Of a stretch of 64,000 nucleotides of DNA, positions 36,471 through 45,720 are shown one piece after another (the stretch's first letter is position 1; each line of letters opens with the position of its first letter). Position numbers and translations under genes: made by a program. The notes under the pieces were generated by a model. That model had not been told where the DNA came from and did no database searches. It saw nothing but the letters and a program-made list of their open reading frames with translations. The stretch comes from an uncultured Prevotella sp. (GTDB taxonomy: Bacteria; Bacteroidota; Bacteroidia; Bacteroidales; Bacteroidaceae), in the NCBI GenBank assembly GCA_964511295.1, contig CAZEEP010000001.1, positions 71,022 to 135,021 of the forward strand, written 5' to 3'.

Positions 36471-37637
36471 ATGAGCAAAAACAACATACGGATTGTAGCA
36501 GCCAAACCGGAGCAGGCTACCGAGATAGCGAGCCTCATAATGGAGGCTATGGACCATGACTGCTGCCAGAACTTCGCCGGGCAGGAGCATACGCTTGACG
36601 ACTTCCACTGCATGATGACCGAGCTGGTGAAGATGGAGGACAGCCAGTACAGCTACCGCAACACGCTCGTGGCTATCCTGCCACACAGCCCCTCGAAGAA
36701 AGGCGAAGACGGCAAGGAAAACGAGATAGCCGGTTGCATAGTGGGCTATGACGGCAAGGACTTGCTGACACTGCGGCGGAGATTCATTGACGCGGCAAAG
36801 GAATGGCTCGGGCAGGACTTTTCCGGTATGGACGAAGAAACACGTGCCGGAGAGTATTATCTCGACTCGCTGTGCGTGAAAAAAGAGTTCCGCAAGCGCG
36901 GCATTGCCACACGCCTCATAAACGCCGTAATAGAAAAACATGGCTCGCAACCCGTAGGCCTGCTTGTTGACCACACTCACCCTTGGGCTGAAAGGCTGTA
37001 CAAGGCTATAGGTTTCCGCTTCGTCAATGAGACCGCATGGGGCGGACATGCCATGCGGCACTTGCAGTATCCCGTGCGCTGTAGCGAGTTCGGCAACGAT
37101 CCGTTGATGGTGCACTACCACGACGAAGAATGGGGCACGCCGTGCCATGACGAGCGCAACCACTTCATGTACCTGCTCATGGAAAGCATGTCGTGCGGGC
37201 TGTCGTGGCATCTGATGCTGAAAAAGAGGGAAGTCTTCCGCCAATGCTTCGCCGGCTTTGACGTTGCGAAGGTGGCGGCTTTCACTGACGACGACGTAAA
37301 GCGCATAATGAACACAGAGGGCATGATTCGCTCGCAGAGGAAGATTCGAGCAATGATAAACAATGCGCAATGCTTCGTGAAAGTGCAGCAGGAACTTGGC
37401 TCGTTTGACAAATATATATGGGGCTTCACCGATGGAAAGAGCCTTGTATACCCTTCACACCAAGTGGAACAGGTGACACGCAATGACCTCAGCGACCTTA
37501 TATCGAAAGACATGAAGAAGCGTGGCTTCAAGTATTTGGGCCCGGTCATTGTCTACAGCCACCTGCAAGCCATCGGTGTCATAAACGATCATCGCCACTA
37601 CTGCTTCCGCTACAAAGAGCTTATAGCACAGAAATAA
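36471..37637 (+). CDS. Fusion protein: N-terminal GNAT acetyltransferase domain plus C-terminal DNA-3-methyladenine glycosylase I (Tag)
   Basis: GNAT motif A: LDSLCVKKEFRKRGIATRLINAV. Tag portion: RCSEFGNDPLMVHYHDEEWGTPCHDERNHFMYLLMESMSCGLSWHLMLKKREVFRQCFAGFD..IRSQRKIRAMINNAQCF..GSFDKYIWGF..DHRHYCF, with the Zn-ligand Cys/His positions present. A TAACTTTG box sits at 36458-36465. Confidence 0.75.
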   Translation: MSKNNIRIVAAKPEQATEIASLIMEAMDHDCCQNFAGQEHTLDDFHCMMTELVKMEDSQYSYRNTLVAILPHSPSKKGEDGKENEIAGCIVGYDGKDLLTLRRRFIDAAKEWLGQDFSGMDEETRAGEYYLDSLCVKKEFRKRGIATRLINAVIEKHGSQPVGLLVDHTHPWAERLYKAIGFRFVNETAWGGHAMRHLQYPVRCSEFGNDPLMVHYHDEEWGTPCHDERNHFMYLLMESMSCGLSWHLMLKKREVFRQCFAGFDVAKVAAFTDDDVKRIMNTEGMIRSQRKIRAMINNAQCFVKVQQELGSFDKYIWGFTDGKSLVYPSHQVEQVTRNDLSDLISKDMKKRGFKYLGPVIVYSHLQAIGVINDHRHYCFRYKELIAQK

Positions 37638-37887
37638 ACTGTAAGTGAAAAGTGGCAAAACAATTATAAAATACCATTTTTGTCGCTTTTCACCACTTCT
37701 CCCTCGCCTTCAAAGCCCATCTTTCTTTCAATTTGTAAGCAAAAGCAAAATATTGGCATTCAAGATATTAGAAAACAAATACAACCTAATGGAGAACAAA
37801 TAAACAACAGTTTCTTGAAAAAATGATGTTAAAAGTTTGCAGAATGGATTTTTTTGCCTAATTTTGAAGCCAACTAAAAATCCTTCT

Positions 37888-38877
37888 ATGAACCCGAACA
37901 ACAAACCAAACCTGGCAGACCTTGTTCGCCAAGCCAAACAACTCCCTTCACAAACAGTGAAGGTGGTGCAAACCAAACGTTTCTGGACCGACCTGCTGCT
38001 TATGACCGTGGGCATGTTCGTCGCTTCAATGAGCGTTCATTTCTTCCTGATTCCAAGCCACTTGGTTGTCGGCTCGATAACCGGCCTTTCCATAGTCTTG
38101 GAAAAACTCATGCCTTTTGCCACGCTGGGCACGTATATCGTTATAATAAACGCAATCCTGCTCGCCTGCTCATTCCTGCTGCTTGGAACCGAGTTTGGGG
38201 CAAAGACTGTGTACACGGCACTCATACTGGGACCTATGGTAGACTTCCTCAACTGGATTGCGCCTATGCAGGACTCGCTTTTCACCGTGGTCATTGCCGG
38301 AACAGGGCAGCACATCCTGAACCCGTGGTTCGACATGCTGTGTTTCGTGCTCATACTGAGCATATCTCAAACAATACTGTTCAACATAAACGCATCGACG
38401 GGCGGACTCGACATTCTGGCAAGAATCGTGAACAAATATTGCAACATAAGCATAGGCACGTCAGTGACCGTGGCTGGCGGAGCAATCTGCTGCACAGCTT
38501 TTGCCATCAACGACGTGAGCTTCGTGATAGTTGGCCTCATAGGCACTTGGATCAACGGCATCGTGCTGAACCACTTCATGGGGACGGTGAACTCGAAGGT
38601 GCGCGTATACATCATTACCGAGCACTACGAGAAGGTGCAGCGGTTCATAGTGGAGAAGCTTGAGCGCGGATGCACCTTACATCAAATAACCGGCGGATAT
38701 ACCAACAAGAACCGCATACAGGTGGAATCGGTGCTGACGAAGGAGGACTTCTCAAGGCTAATAGACTACATGCACGCCGAGAAGATGGAATCGTTTATGA
38801 CAACGGACAGCGTGAGCCAAGTGTACGGACTATGGAACAAGCGCACGCTGTTGGAGCTGGCACAACCTAAACTTTAA
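37888..38877 (+). CDS. YitT-family membrane protein (DUF161 TM repeats plus C-terminal DUF2179)
   Basis: Multiple TM helices (VHFFLIPSHLVVGSITGLSIVL..). C-terminal soluble domain VRVYIITEHYEKVQRFIVEKLERGCTLHQITGGYTNKNRIQVESVLTKEDFSRLIDYM. The start was trimmed to the ATG at 37888. Confidence 0.65.
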   Translation: MNPNNKPNLADLVRQAKQLPSQTVKVVQTKRFWTDLLLMTVGMFVASMSVHFFLIPSHLVVGSITGLSIVLEKLMPFATLGTYIVIINAILLACSFLLLGTEFGAKTVYTALILGPMVDFLNWIAPMQDSLFTVVIAGTGQHILNPWFDMLCFVLILSISQTILFNINASTGGLDILARIVNKYCNISIGTSVTVAGGAICCTAFAINDVSFVIVGLIGTWINGIVLNHFMGTVNSKVRVYIITEHYEKVQRFIVEKLERGCTLHQITGGYTNKNRIQVESVLTKEDFSRLIDYMHAEKMESFMTTDSVSQVYGLWNKRTLLELAQPKL

Positions 38878-38896
38878 AAAAGACCTGATACTGACT

Positions 38897-39949
38897 ATGA
38901 AAACGAATCTATTACACAGCATTAGGGCTTTCCTCATAATAATATTCATGGGGGTAGCGGCCACGGCATGTGCACAAATAGTGGACGTGGAAGGAGTGGA
39001 TCTGCGCTTTGAGGCAAGGGGAGAATATGACTACCAAAGCGTTGACGGCGAGAAAGTAGTACCTAAGACGGGATTCAAGGGACGGCTGATAAACATCTTC
39101 CTGCAAGGCGACATTGGCAGCGGCTTCTCTTACAAATACCGCCAAAGGCTGAACGAGATACACAAGGACAAGTCGTTTTTCGACTCCACCGACTGGCTTT
39201 ACCTGCAATGGGACGTAACCCCGAGGCTTGGCTTCATGTTCGGCAAATGGGTAGTGCTCACAGGCGGCTGGGAGTTTGACCCTGCACCGATAGACGTATT
39301 CCAACTCGGCGAGTTCAGCAGCATGTTTCCTTGCTACCAGTGGGGAGCAGACGTAGTGCTGAACGTCAATCCCGGGCACGACAAGCTCATATTGCAAGTG
39401 ACGCAAAGCCCTTTCAGGGACGACTGGAAGCTGCGATCGGGGAAGGACGAGGACACGTATGGATATAGCCTTATGTGGTATGGCAGCCACGGATGGTACC
39501 ACTCGGCATGGTCTGTGAACATGATGGAATACGAGCCGGGCAAATATATCAATTATCTTTTCTTTGGCAACAGGATAAAACCTTCGGACGAACTTGAATT
39601 TGATTTCGACATAATGAACCGTGCCGTCAAGGGACAGACCTTTCTTTTCAAGGACGTATCGCTGAGCGGCATTGCCAAATGGCAGCCAATGAAACAACTG
39701 AAAGTATATGCCAAGGCAAACTACGACGTGAACCGCTCAGGCAAAGATGCAGACTATTGTCTGCACGACGGCACTGAGATAACACGCGTTGGCGGAGGCG
39801 TTGAGTATTTTCCGCTCGGCAACGAAAAAGTGAGGTTTCACGCAAACTACAACTATAGCTTCGGAAAGAACAACAACTGCAACGGCGCACAGAAAGACAA
39901 ACAACACAAGGTGGAGATAGGCGCCACCTGGAAAATGCAAGTGCTGTAA
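38897..39949 (+). CDS. Putative outer-membrane porin (beta-barrel; OprO/P-like)
   Basis: Signal peptide (GVAATACAQ). Alternating amphipathic beta-strand pattern rich in aromatic residues and Gly (FEARGEYDY, FSYKYRQRL, LYLQWDV, GYSLMWYGS, FHANYNYSFG). The family call is tentative. Confidence 0.45.
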   Translation: MKTNLLHSIRAFLIIIFMGVAATACAQIVDVEGVDLRFEARGEYDYQSVDGEKVVPKTGFKGRLINIFLQGDIGSGFSYKYRQRLNEIHKDKSFFDSTDWLYLQWDVTPRLGFMFGKWVVLTGGWEFDPAPIDVFQLGEFSSMFPCYQWGADVVLNVNPGHDKLILQVTQSPFRDDWKLRSGKDEDTYGYSLMWYGSHGWYHSAWSVNMMEYEPGKYINYLFFGNRIKPSDELEFDFDIMNRAVKGQTFLFKDVSLSGIAKWQPMKQLKVYAKANYDVNRSGKDADYCLHDGTEITRVGGGVEYFPLGNEKVRFHANYNYSFGKNNNCNGAQKDKQHKVEIGATWKMQVL

Positions 39950-40028
39950 GATTACAATCGAACTACAAAAAGGGAGCGTTGCCTCACGGCACGCCCCCCA
40001 GACTGACAAAAAATGTATAGGTATGAAT

Positions 40029-40808
40029 TTACATTTTTGTTATTATGCCTTGCTCTGTAGAGCTAAGGAACTGTATTATGTTCTGAATCTCAGGGCTGTC
40101 GGGCACCTGCGACTTTATTTGCAGAACCGAGTCGAACACGCTATTCATGCCGTGGAAAACAAGGCGATAGGCGTTGGCAACATGCTTCTGAACCTTATCG
40201 TCGATACCAGCAGTGGTCATCATGGTGCCGTTGGGGCCGCCATACTTCACAGGCGAGCCACCGGCGATGATGTAAGGCGGCACGTCCTTTGAAAATGTAG
40301 TGCCAGCTTGCACCATTGCGAAGTCGCCAACACGCGTGCGCGCATTCTCAATGACAGACGACGAGAAAATGACACCCGTGCCAATCTCGCAGTCGCCTGC
40401 AATCTTCGTGCCATAGCCGATGACACACTTGTCGGCAATCTTCGTGTCATGGCTGACGTGTGCACCCTCCATTATGAAGTTGTCGTTGCCGATTACTGTC
40501 CTGCCACCCTCATGTGTGGCACGGTTTATGACCACATTCTCACGGATGATGTTGTTGTTGCCGATTATGCACTCCGTGCGCTCGCCACAAAACTCGAAAT
40601 CCTGTGGCAATGCACCCAATACAGTACCCTGATGCACCATATTGGTATGACCCAGCTTCGTACCGTTAAGTATCGAAACAAACGGGAAGATGACGCAGTT
40701 GTCGCCAATCTCCACGTAGTCCTCTACATATACAAACGGATATATCTTTACGTTGTTGCCGATTTTCGCCTTTGGCGAAACGACAGCTTTTGGACTTATA
40801 TCATTCAT
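40029..40808 (-). CDS. lpxA: Acyl-ACP--UDP-N-acetylglucosamine O-acyltransferase (LpxA), divergent stand-alone copy
   Basis: Left-handed beta-helix hexapeptide repeats throughout. Catalytic-His region MEGAHVSHDTKIADKCVIG. C-terminal helical domain with ..VANAYRLVFHG (canonical AY+L/I motif). Confidence 0.75.
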   Translation of the reverse strand: MNDISPKAVVSPKAKIGNNVKIYPFVYVEDYVEIGDNCVIFPFVSILNGTKLGHTNMVHQGTVLGALPQDFEFCGERTECIIGNNNIIRENVVINRATHEGGRTVIGNDNFIMEGAHVSHDTKIADKCVIGYGTKIAGDCEIGTGVIFSSSVIENARTRVGDFAMVQAGTTFSKDVPPYIIAGGSPVKYGGPNGTMMTTAGIDDKVQKHVANAYRLVFHGMNSVFDSVLQIKSQVPDSPEIQNIIQFLSSTEQGIITKM

Positions 40809-40875
40809 AATTTATAATTCATAATTCACAATTCATAATGCTTAATGCATAATTCATAATGCACAACTCATAATT
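40806..40875. repeat. Ten tandem heptamers (CATAATK), the first containing the lpxA start codon
   Basis: The units are CATAATT TATAATT CATAATT CACAATT CATAATG CTTAATG CATAATT CATAATG CACAACT CATAATT. The period is exactly 7 bp from 40806 to 40875. On the lpxA sense strand the unit reads AATTATG. Confidence 0.85.
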
Positions 40876-40950
40876 AAATGGCTTACCAATTCTTATTTTT
40901 TTGATTCATGATTCAAAAAACAAATTGCTTGGCAATCCTACTGCTCCTGC

Positions 40951-40976
40951 AATTATGAATTATGCATTATGAATTA
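40951..40976. repeat. Three inverted copies of the same heptamer, overlapping the stop codon of the efflux OMF gene
   Basis: AATTATG AATTATG CATTATG AATTA at 40951-40976. It is complementary over about 17-20 nt to units 6-8 of the main array. Confidence 0.75.
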
Positions 40977-42359
40977 AAAAGAGCCTCCTCCAAGTGCCTG
41001 GTACAGGCTAACAACAGCCTGCATCTTGGCAAGGTCGTCGCCGACCTTGGAGAGTTGGACGTTGAGGAGCTGGCTCTCTGCTGTTATGACCTCGAGGTAA
41101 GTGCTTCCGGCAGAAGCCATCAAGGCGCGTGTGTCCTCCACGTTCTTCTTAAGAACCTCTATCTGCTTTGCCTCTATTTGGCTCTTTTCCTCAGAGCTGT
41201 TGTACTTCACGAGGGCGTTGCTCACCTCAGAGCCGGCCTGTAGGATGCTCTGCTGCCATGTGTTGTAAGCCTGCTCATATTGATCTTTGGCAACCCTCAA
41301 GCCGGCAATGAGCTGGCCGTTCATGAAGATGGGCTGGGTGAGCGAACCAACGGCAGAAGCGAGCCACTTGCCCGGGTTCACCATCCCGGAACCGTTGCTG
41401 AATCCGCCCGTGCCGCTAATGGTGATGCTCGGATAGAACCTGCTGCGTGCGTTCTCTATCTGGTAGAAGCAGCTCGCGAGATTCATCTCGTTGGCATGAA
41501 CGTCAGGACGGTTGGCAAGCACCTTTACCGGCACTCCTACAGCAAGGTTGGTAGGCAACGACTGATTGTCGAGTTTGCCACGAGATATGGCGTGGGCAGG
41601 CTCAGAGAGCAACAGGCTCAGGGAGTTCTCGCTCTCGCGAATGCTGCGCTCGATGTCCTTCTTCTGCGTCAATACACTGTAGTAGTTGCTCTCCGCGCTT
41701 TGCACGGCGGTGGAGCGCACGCCACGCACTTCCTGATGCTGCACCTTCATGATGTCCCAAGTCTCCTTCGTGAGCTTCTCCATGTCGTTGACTATCTGGA
41801 GCTGCTTGTCGAGCATAAGGAGGGTGTAATAAAGGTTGGCAACGCCTGCAACGAGCGATGTCTGAACAGAGCGCTTGTAGTCCTTGCTCTGCAAGAGCAC
41901 CATCTGCTGGGCGCGCTTGGCAGATGTCAGGCCGCCAAAGAGCGACAAGTTCCACGACGCGTTGACGGGGAGCGAGTAGCTCTTGGTCGTCGCCTCGTTG
42001 AAACGTGTGATGTTGCCCTGCGGCGTGAATACGAACTGCGGCACGAATGCCAGCTTTGCAATCTTCAGCTGCGCCTCAGCCATGTCTATGTTGAGAGCAG
42101 CGTTGAGCATGTTCGTGTTATTGTCAATTGCCTTTTGGATAAGGGATTGCAATTGTGGGTCAGTGAACACCTCGCGCCAAGGCAGACTGCCAAGCGATGT
42201 AGTGTCGGTCACGGCAAGAGTATCGGTTGCCGACACTGGATCGCGAACGACACCTTGTGCGTTGACCGACGGCCGCTCGTACTTGCCGTAAAGGCTCTTG
42301 CAACCAGTCAGGGACAAGGCGGCAAGGCCACATATCATAATATAATTGAATGCTTTCAT
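40974..42359 (-). CDS. RND efflux outer-membrane factor lipoprotein (TolC / NodT family)
   Basis: Lipoprotein signal (LAALSLTGCKS). Two-repeat coiled alpha-helical OMF pattern (..LQSLIQKAIDNNTNMLNAALNIDMAEAQLK..). Last gene of the adaptor-pump-OMF operon. Confidence 0.85.
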   Translation of the reverse strand: MKAFNYIMICGLAALSLTGCKSLYGKYERPSVNAQGVVRDPVSATDTLAVTDTTSLGSLPWREVFTDPQLQSLIQKAIDNNTNMLNAALNIDMAEAQLKIAKLAFVPQFVFTPQGNITRFNEATTKSYSLPVNASWNLSLFGGLTSAKRAQQMVLLQSKDYKRSVQTSLVAGVANLYYTLLMLDKQLQIVNDMEKLTKETWDIMKVQHQEVRGVRSTAVQSAESNYYSVLTQKKDIERSIRESENSLSLLLSEPAHAISRGKLDNQSLPTNLAVGVPVKVLANRPDVHANEMNLASCFYQIENARSRFYPSITISGTGGFSNGSGMVNPGKWLASAVGSLTQPIFMNGQLIAGLRVAKDQYEQAYNTWQQSILQAGSEVSNALVKYNSSEEKSQIEAKQIEVLKKNVEDTRALMASAGSTYLEVITAESQLLNVQLSKVGDDLAKMQAVVSLYQALGGGSF

Positions 42360-42388
42360 TTATCTTTGAACCTAATGGTTTCTTGAAT

Positions 42389-42434
42389 CTTGTCCATCCT
42401 CCTCCCCTTTATGAAGAGGAGGATGGGAGACAAG
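42389..42434. repeat. GC-rich stem-loop between the RND pump and OMF genes
   Basis: CTTGTCCATCCTCCTC / GAGGAGGATGGGAGACAAG (bulged stem) around the loop CCCTTTATGAA. The T-run follows on the plus strand only, which is antisense to the operon. Confidence 0.55.
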
Positions 42435-42438
42435 TTTT

Positions 42439-45400
42439 TTAATCTTCAAACTGATCCTTATACACAGTCATTTTCTTGTTGTGCGCATACTGCTTCAACT
42501 CGACGGCTGCATCAGGATTAACCTCGTCCTCAAACTTCAGCGGGCTGAACTTCTCCTGCAACCACTGGAAGAACACGAACAAGGCCGGAACCACGAACAG
42601 CTGGCAAGTAGTACCGATAAGCATACCTCCCACGGCGGCGGCACCCATAGTTGAGTTACCGTTTTTGCCAACACCTGACGCGAACATCAGTGGCAACAAA
42701 CCAATAATCATGGCGAGAGATGTCATGAGGATGGCGCGCAAACGAGCTGAAGCACCAAGGATGGCTGCATACTTGATTGCCATACCCGTCCTACGACGCT
42801 CAAGGGCAAACTGCACGATGAGGATGGCGTTCTTGGCAAGCAGACCGATAAGCATGATGAGCGCAATCTGCATGTAAATGTCGTTGGAATGGCCGAAGAT
42901 CTGCGTGAAGATGAAAGCTCCGGCAAGACCGAACGGCAATGACAGCAACACGCAAAGAGGCAGGATGTACGACTCGTACTGAGCGGAAAGAATCAGGTAC
43001 ACGAAGATGAAGCAAAGCACGAAGATAAGAGCCGTTGAGTTGCTCGACTCTGCCTCGGAACGTGTCAGACCCGAATACTCGTAACCGTAACCCGTGGGCA
43101 GCACCTGCGAAGCCACCTCCTCACAAGCCTTAAGGGCATCACCCGAAGAGTAACCGCCATTGGTGTTAGGAGTAATGTTCAGGTTGATTGACGTGAACAG
43201 GTTGAAACGGGCGATGTTTGACGGACCATAAACCTTGTCGAGCGTGATGAACTCGTTGACAGGAGCCATCTTGCCATTGGCAAGGCGCACGTAAATGTTG
43301 CTCATGTCCTCAGGACGCATGCGGCTTTCCACATCCGAGCGTATCATGACGCGGAACAGCTTACCGTAAGCGTTGTAGTTGGAAGCGTAAAGGCCGCCGT
43401 AGTAGCCTTGCAGCACGCCAAGCACCGACGCAGGAGTTGTGCCTGCCTGCACACACTTGGCAACATCCACGTTAATCATGTATTGTGGATAGTTGGGGTT
43501 GTATGAGGTCATGGCGTTCATGATTTCCGGACGCTTGTTAAGCTCGGCAAGATAGTCCTTGGTGACCTTGAAGAACGTGTTCAGGTCGCCACCGGTCTTG
43601 TCCTGCAATGTCATAGAGACACCGTTGTTGGCAGAGAAACCAGGAATCATTGGCGGTGCGAAGGCAAGAATCTGAGCGTCCTTGATAGAGGCGGTCTGCT
43701 TGTAAATCATACCAAGCACCATGTTAGCCTCCTTCGGGTTGACAAACAGCTGCTCCATGCCGCCACCTGTCACGGCACTCCACAGGCGCGAGAAGATATT
43801 CTTCTGCTCACGCTCCTCAAACGGCTTAAGCTTGATGATGAACGTTGCCTGGTCAGAACCCTGTCCGGCGATGAAGTTGTAACCCACGATCTGCTCACGG
43901 CGCAAAATGGCAGGGTTGGACGCGAGCATCTTGTCAACGTGGTCGGCAATCTCCTTGGTACGCTCCTGGCTCGTACCAGGTGCAGCAGACATGGTTACGA
44001 ACAACGTACCCGTATCCTCATCAGGCACAAGACCCGTAGAGGTGGTTGACATCGTTATGACAAGAACCACAACACCCACGACAACAGAGATGACAGTGAT
44101 TATGCGATGGTTGATGAAGTGCTCAACACCCTTCTTGTACTTTTCCTGCAACTTGTCGAACGTGCGGTTGAAACCGGCGTGGAAACGATCCAGGAATGAC
44201 ATCTTCTTCTCGCCCTTCTCTGCGTGGGGCTTCAGGAACATGGCACAAAGAGCAGGTGACAGCGTAAGGGCGTTGACAGCCGAAATCACGATTGACACAG
44301 CCATGGTGACACCAAACTCACGGTAGAATGTTCCGGAAGTGCCGCCAACGAACGACACCGGCACAAACACAGCCGACATCACAAGAGTAATGGATATGAT
44401 GGCACCGGAAATCTCGTTCATGGCATCAATTGAAGCCGTGAGCGCGCTCTGGTAACCTTGGTCGAGCTTGGCGTGCACAGCCTCCACAACCACGATGGCA
44501 TCGTCGACCACTATGGCAATGGCAAGCAGCAACGCCGACAGCGTGAGCAGGTTGAGCGAGAAGCCGAACAGCTGCAGGAACACGAACGAGCCCACAAGGG
44601 CTACAGGCACGGCAATCATCGGGATAAGCGTAGAGCGGAAATCCTGCAAGAAAACGTAAACAACGAGGAACACGAGTATCAGCGTGATGACAAGCGTGAA
44701 GACAACCTCGTGGATTGATGCGAAGAGGAACTCGGTAACGTCCTGCTCGATAGTATATTTCATGCCGGGCGGCATTGACTTCTGAGCCTCGGCAAGGGCT
44801 GCCTTGACATCGGTCGCAATCTGCGTGGCGTTTGAGCCGGCAATCTGCTGCACCATGCCCATAACGGCATCGTGACCGTTGTTCTTCAGGTTCACATTGT
44901 ACATGAACTGTCCCTGCTCCACATCGGCAACGTCCTTAAGGTAAAGGGTCTCGCCCGTGGTCTTGCTCTGCAGGATGATGTTCTTGAATTGCTCAGGAGT
45001 CTTTAGGCGACCAGTGTAACGCAGCGTGTACTCGTAAGCCATGTTGGTCTGCTCGCCGAACGATCCAGGCGCAGCCTCGACGTTCTGCGTGGCAAGTGCC
45101 GCCGTTACGTCAGACGGCATGAGGCCATATTCCTTCATCTTGGTAGGCTTCAGCCATATACGCATAGAGTAGTTGGCCAAGGCTGGTCCCTGTACGTCAC
45201 CCACACCGTTGATACGCTTCAAGAGCGGCACGATGTTGATGTCATTGTAGTTGGTGAGAAACTTGGTGTCATAGCGGCCGTCGTCTGTCGTCAGCGAATA
45301 CATTATGACGTTGGAAGTCTGTCGCTTGGTCACCGACACACCCATCTGCGTAACCTCCGCAGGAAGCAACTGCAAAGCCTGCTGCACGCGGTTCTGTACG

Positions 45401-45720
45401 TTGACGGCGGCCATGTCGGCGTTTACGCCTTGCTTGAAGTAAACAGTGATGCTTGCCGAGCCAGTGTTCGTGGCGGTCGAAGTCATGTAAGTCATGTTCT
45501 CCACACCGTTGATGCTTTCCTCCAAAGGCGTGATGACGGAGTTCAGCACCGTCTCAGCGTCAGCTCCCGCATAGGTTGCGGACACCATGATGGTTGGCGG
45601 TGCGATGTCCGGATACTGCTCGATAGGCAGGGACACAAGCCCGATGGTACCCAGCAACACGAAGAAGACTGAGATCACCGTGGAGAGTACCGGGCGTTTT
45701 ATAAAGTTGGTAAAACTCAT
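42439..45720 (-). CDS. RND efflux transporter permease (AcrB/HAE1 type), 1093 aa
   Basis: MSFTNFIKRPVLSTVISVFFVLLG..IEQYPDIAPPTI. 12-TM topology with two large periplasmic loops. Conserved ..VDDAIVVVE.. motif. Confidence 0.92.
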   Translation of the reverse strand: MSFTNFIKRPVLSTVISVFFVLLGTIGLVSLPIEQYPDIAPPTIMVSATYAGADAETVLNSVITPLEESINGVENMTYMTSTATNTGSASITVYFKQGVNADMAAVNVQNRVQQALQLLPAEVTQMGVSVTKRQTSNVIMYSLTTDDGRYDTKFLTNYNDINIVPLLKRINGVGDVQGPALANYSMRIWLKPTKMKEYGLMPSDVTAALATQNVEAAPGSFGEQTNMAYEYTLRYTGRLKTPEQFKNIILQSKTTGETLYLKDVADVEQGQFMYNVNLKNNGHDAVMGMVQQIAGSNATQIATDVKAALAEAQKSMPPGMKYTIEQDVTEFLFASIHEVVFTLVITLILVFLVVYVFLQDFRSTLIPMIAVPVALVGSFVFLQLFGFSLNLLTLSALLLAIAIVVDDAIVVVEAVHAKLDQGYQSALTASIDAMNEISGAIISITLVMSAVFVPVSFVGGTSGTFYREFGVTMAVSIVISAVNALTLSPALCAMFLKPHAEKGEKKMSFLDRFHAGFNRTFDKLQEKYKKGVEHFINHRIITVISVVVGVVVLVITMSTTSTGLVPDEDTGTLFVTMSAAPGTSQERTKEIADHVDKMLASNPAILRREQIVGYNFIAGQGSDQATFIIKLKPFEEREQKNIFSRLWSAVTGGGMEQLFVNPKEANMVLGMIYKQTASIKDAQILAFAPPMIPGFSANNGVSMTLQDKTGGDLNTFFKVTKDYLAELNKRPEIMNAMTSYNPNYPQYMINVDVAKCVQAGTTPASVLGVLQGYYGGLYASNYNAYGKLFRVMIRSDVESRMRPEDMSNIYVRLANGKMAPVNEFITLDKVYGPSNIARFNLFTSINLNITPNTNGGYSSGDALKACEEVASQVLPTGYGYEYSGLTRSEAESSNSTALIFVLCFIFVYLILSAQYESYILPLCVLLSLPFGLAGAFIFTQIFGHSNDIYMQIALIMLIGLLAKNAILIVQFALERRRTGMAIKYAAILGASARLRAILMTSLAMIIGLLPLMFASGVGKNGNSTMGAAAVGGMLIGTTCQLFVVPALFVFFQWLQEKFSPLKFEDEVNPDAAVELKQYAHNKKMTVYKDQFED

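Noticed and set aside
35494-37900. A mobile genetic island or defence locus at the PUL/housekeeping boundary
   Set aside because: The region contains only a MITE-like repeat, one gene remnant and AT-rich spacers. I recognised no integrase, transposase, recombinase, reverse transcriptase, restriction-modification, toxin-antitoxin or cas-like ORF here or anywhere else in the window.
40906-40930. The AT-only palindrome TTTTTTGATTCATGATTCAAAAAA as a terminator of the efflux operon
   Set aside because: The stem consists almost entirely of A-T pairs and would be very weak. It cannot be distinguished from AT-rich spacer sequence without 3'-end data.
42389-42440. The hairpin plus T-run as the terminator of the RND pump gene
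   Set aside because: The T-run follows the stem only on the plus strand, while the operon is on the minus strand and continues into the OMF gene 80 nt away. It is annotated only as an intercistronic stem-loop.
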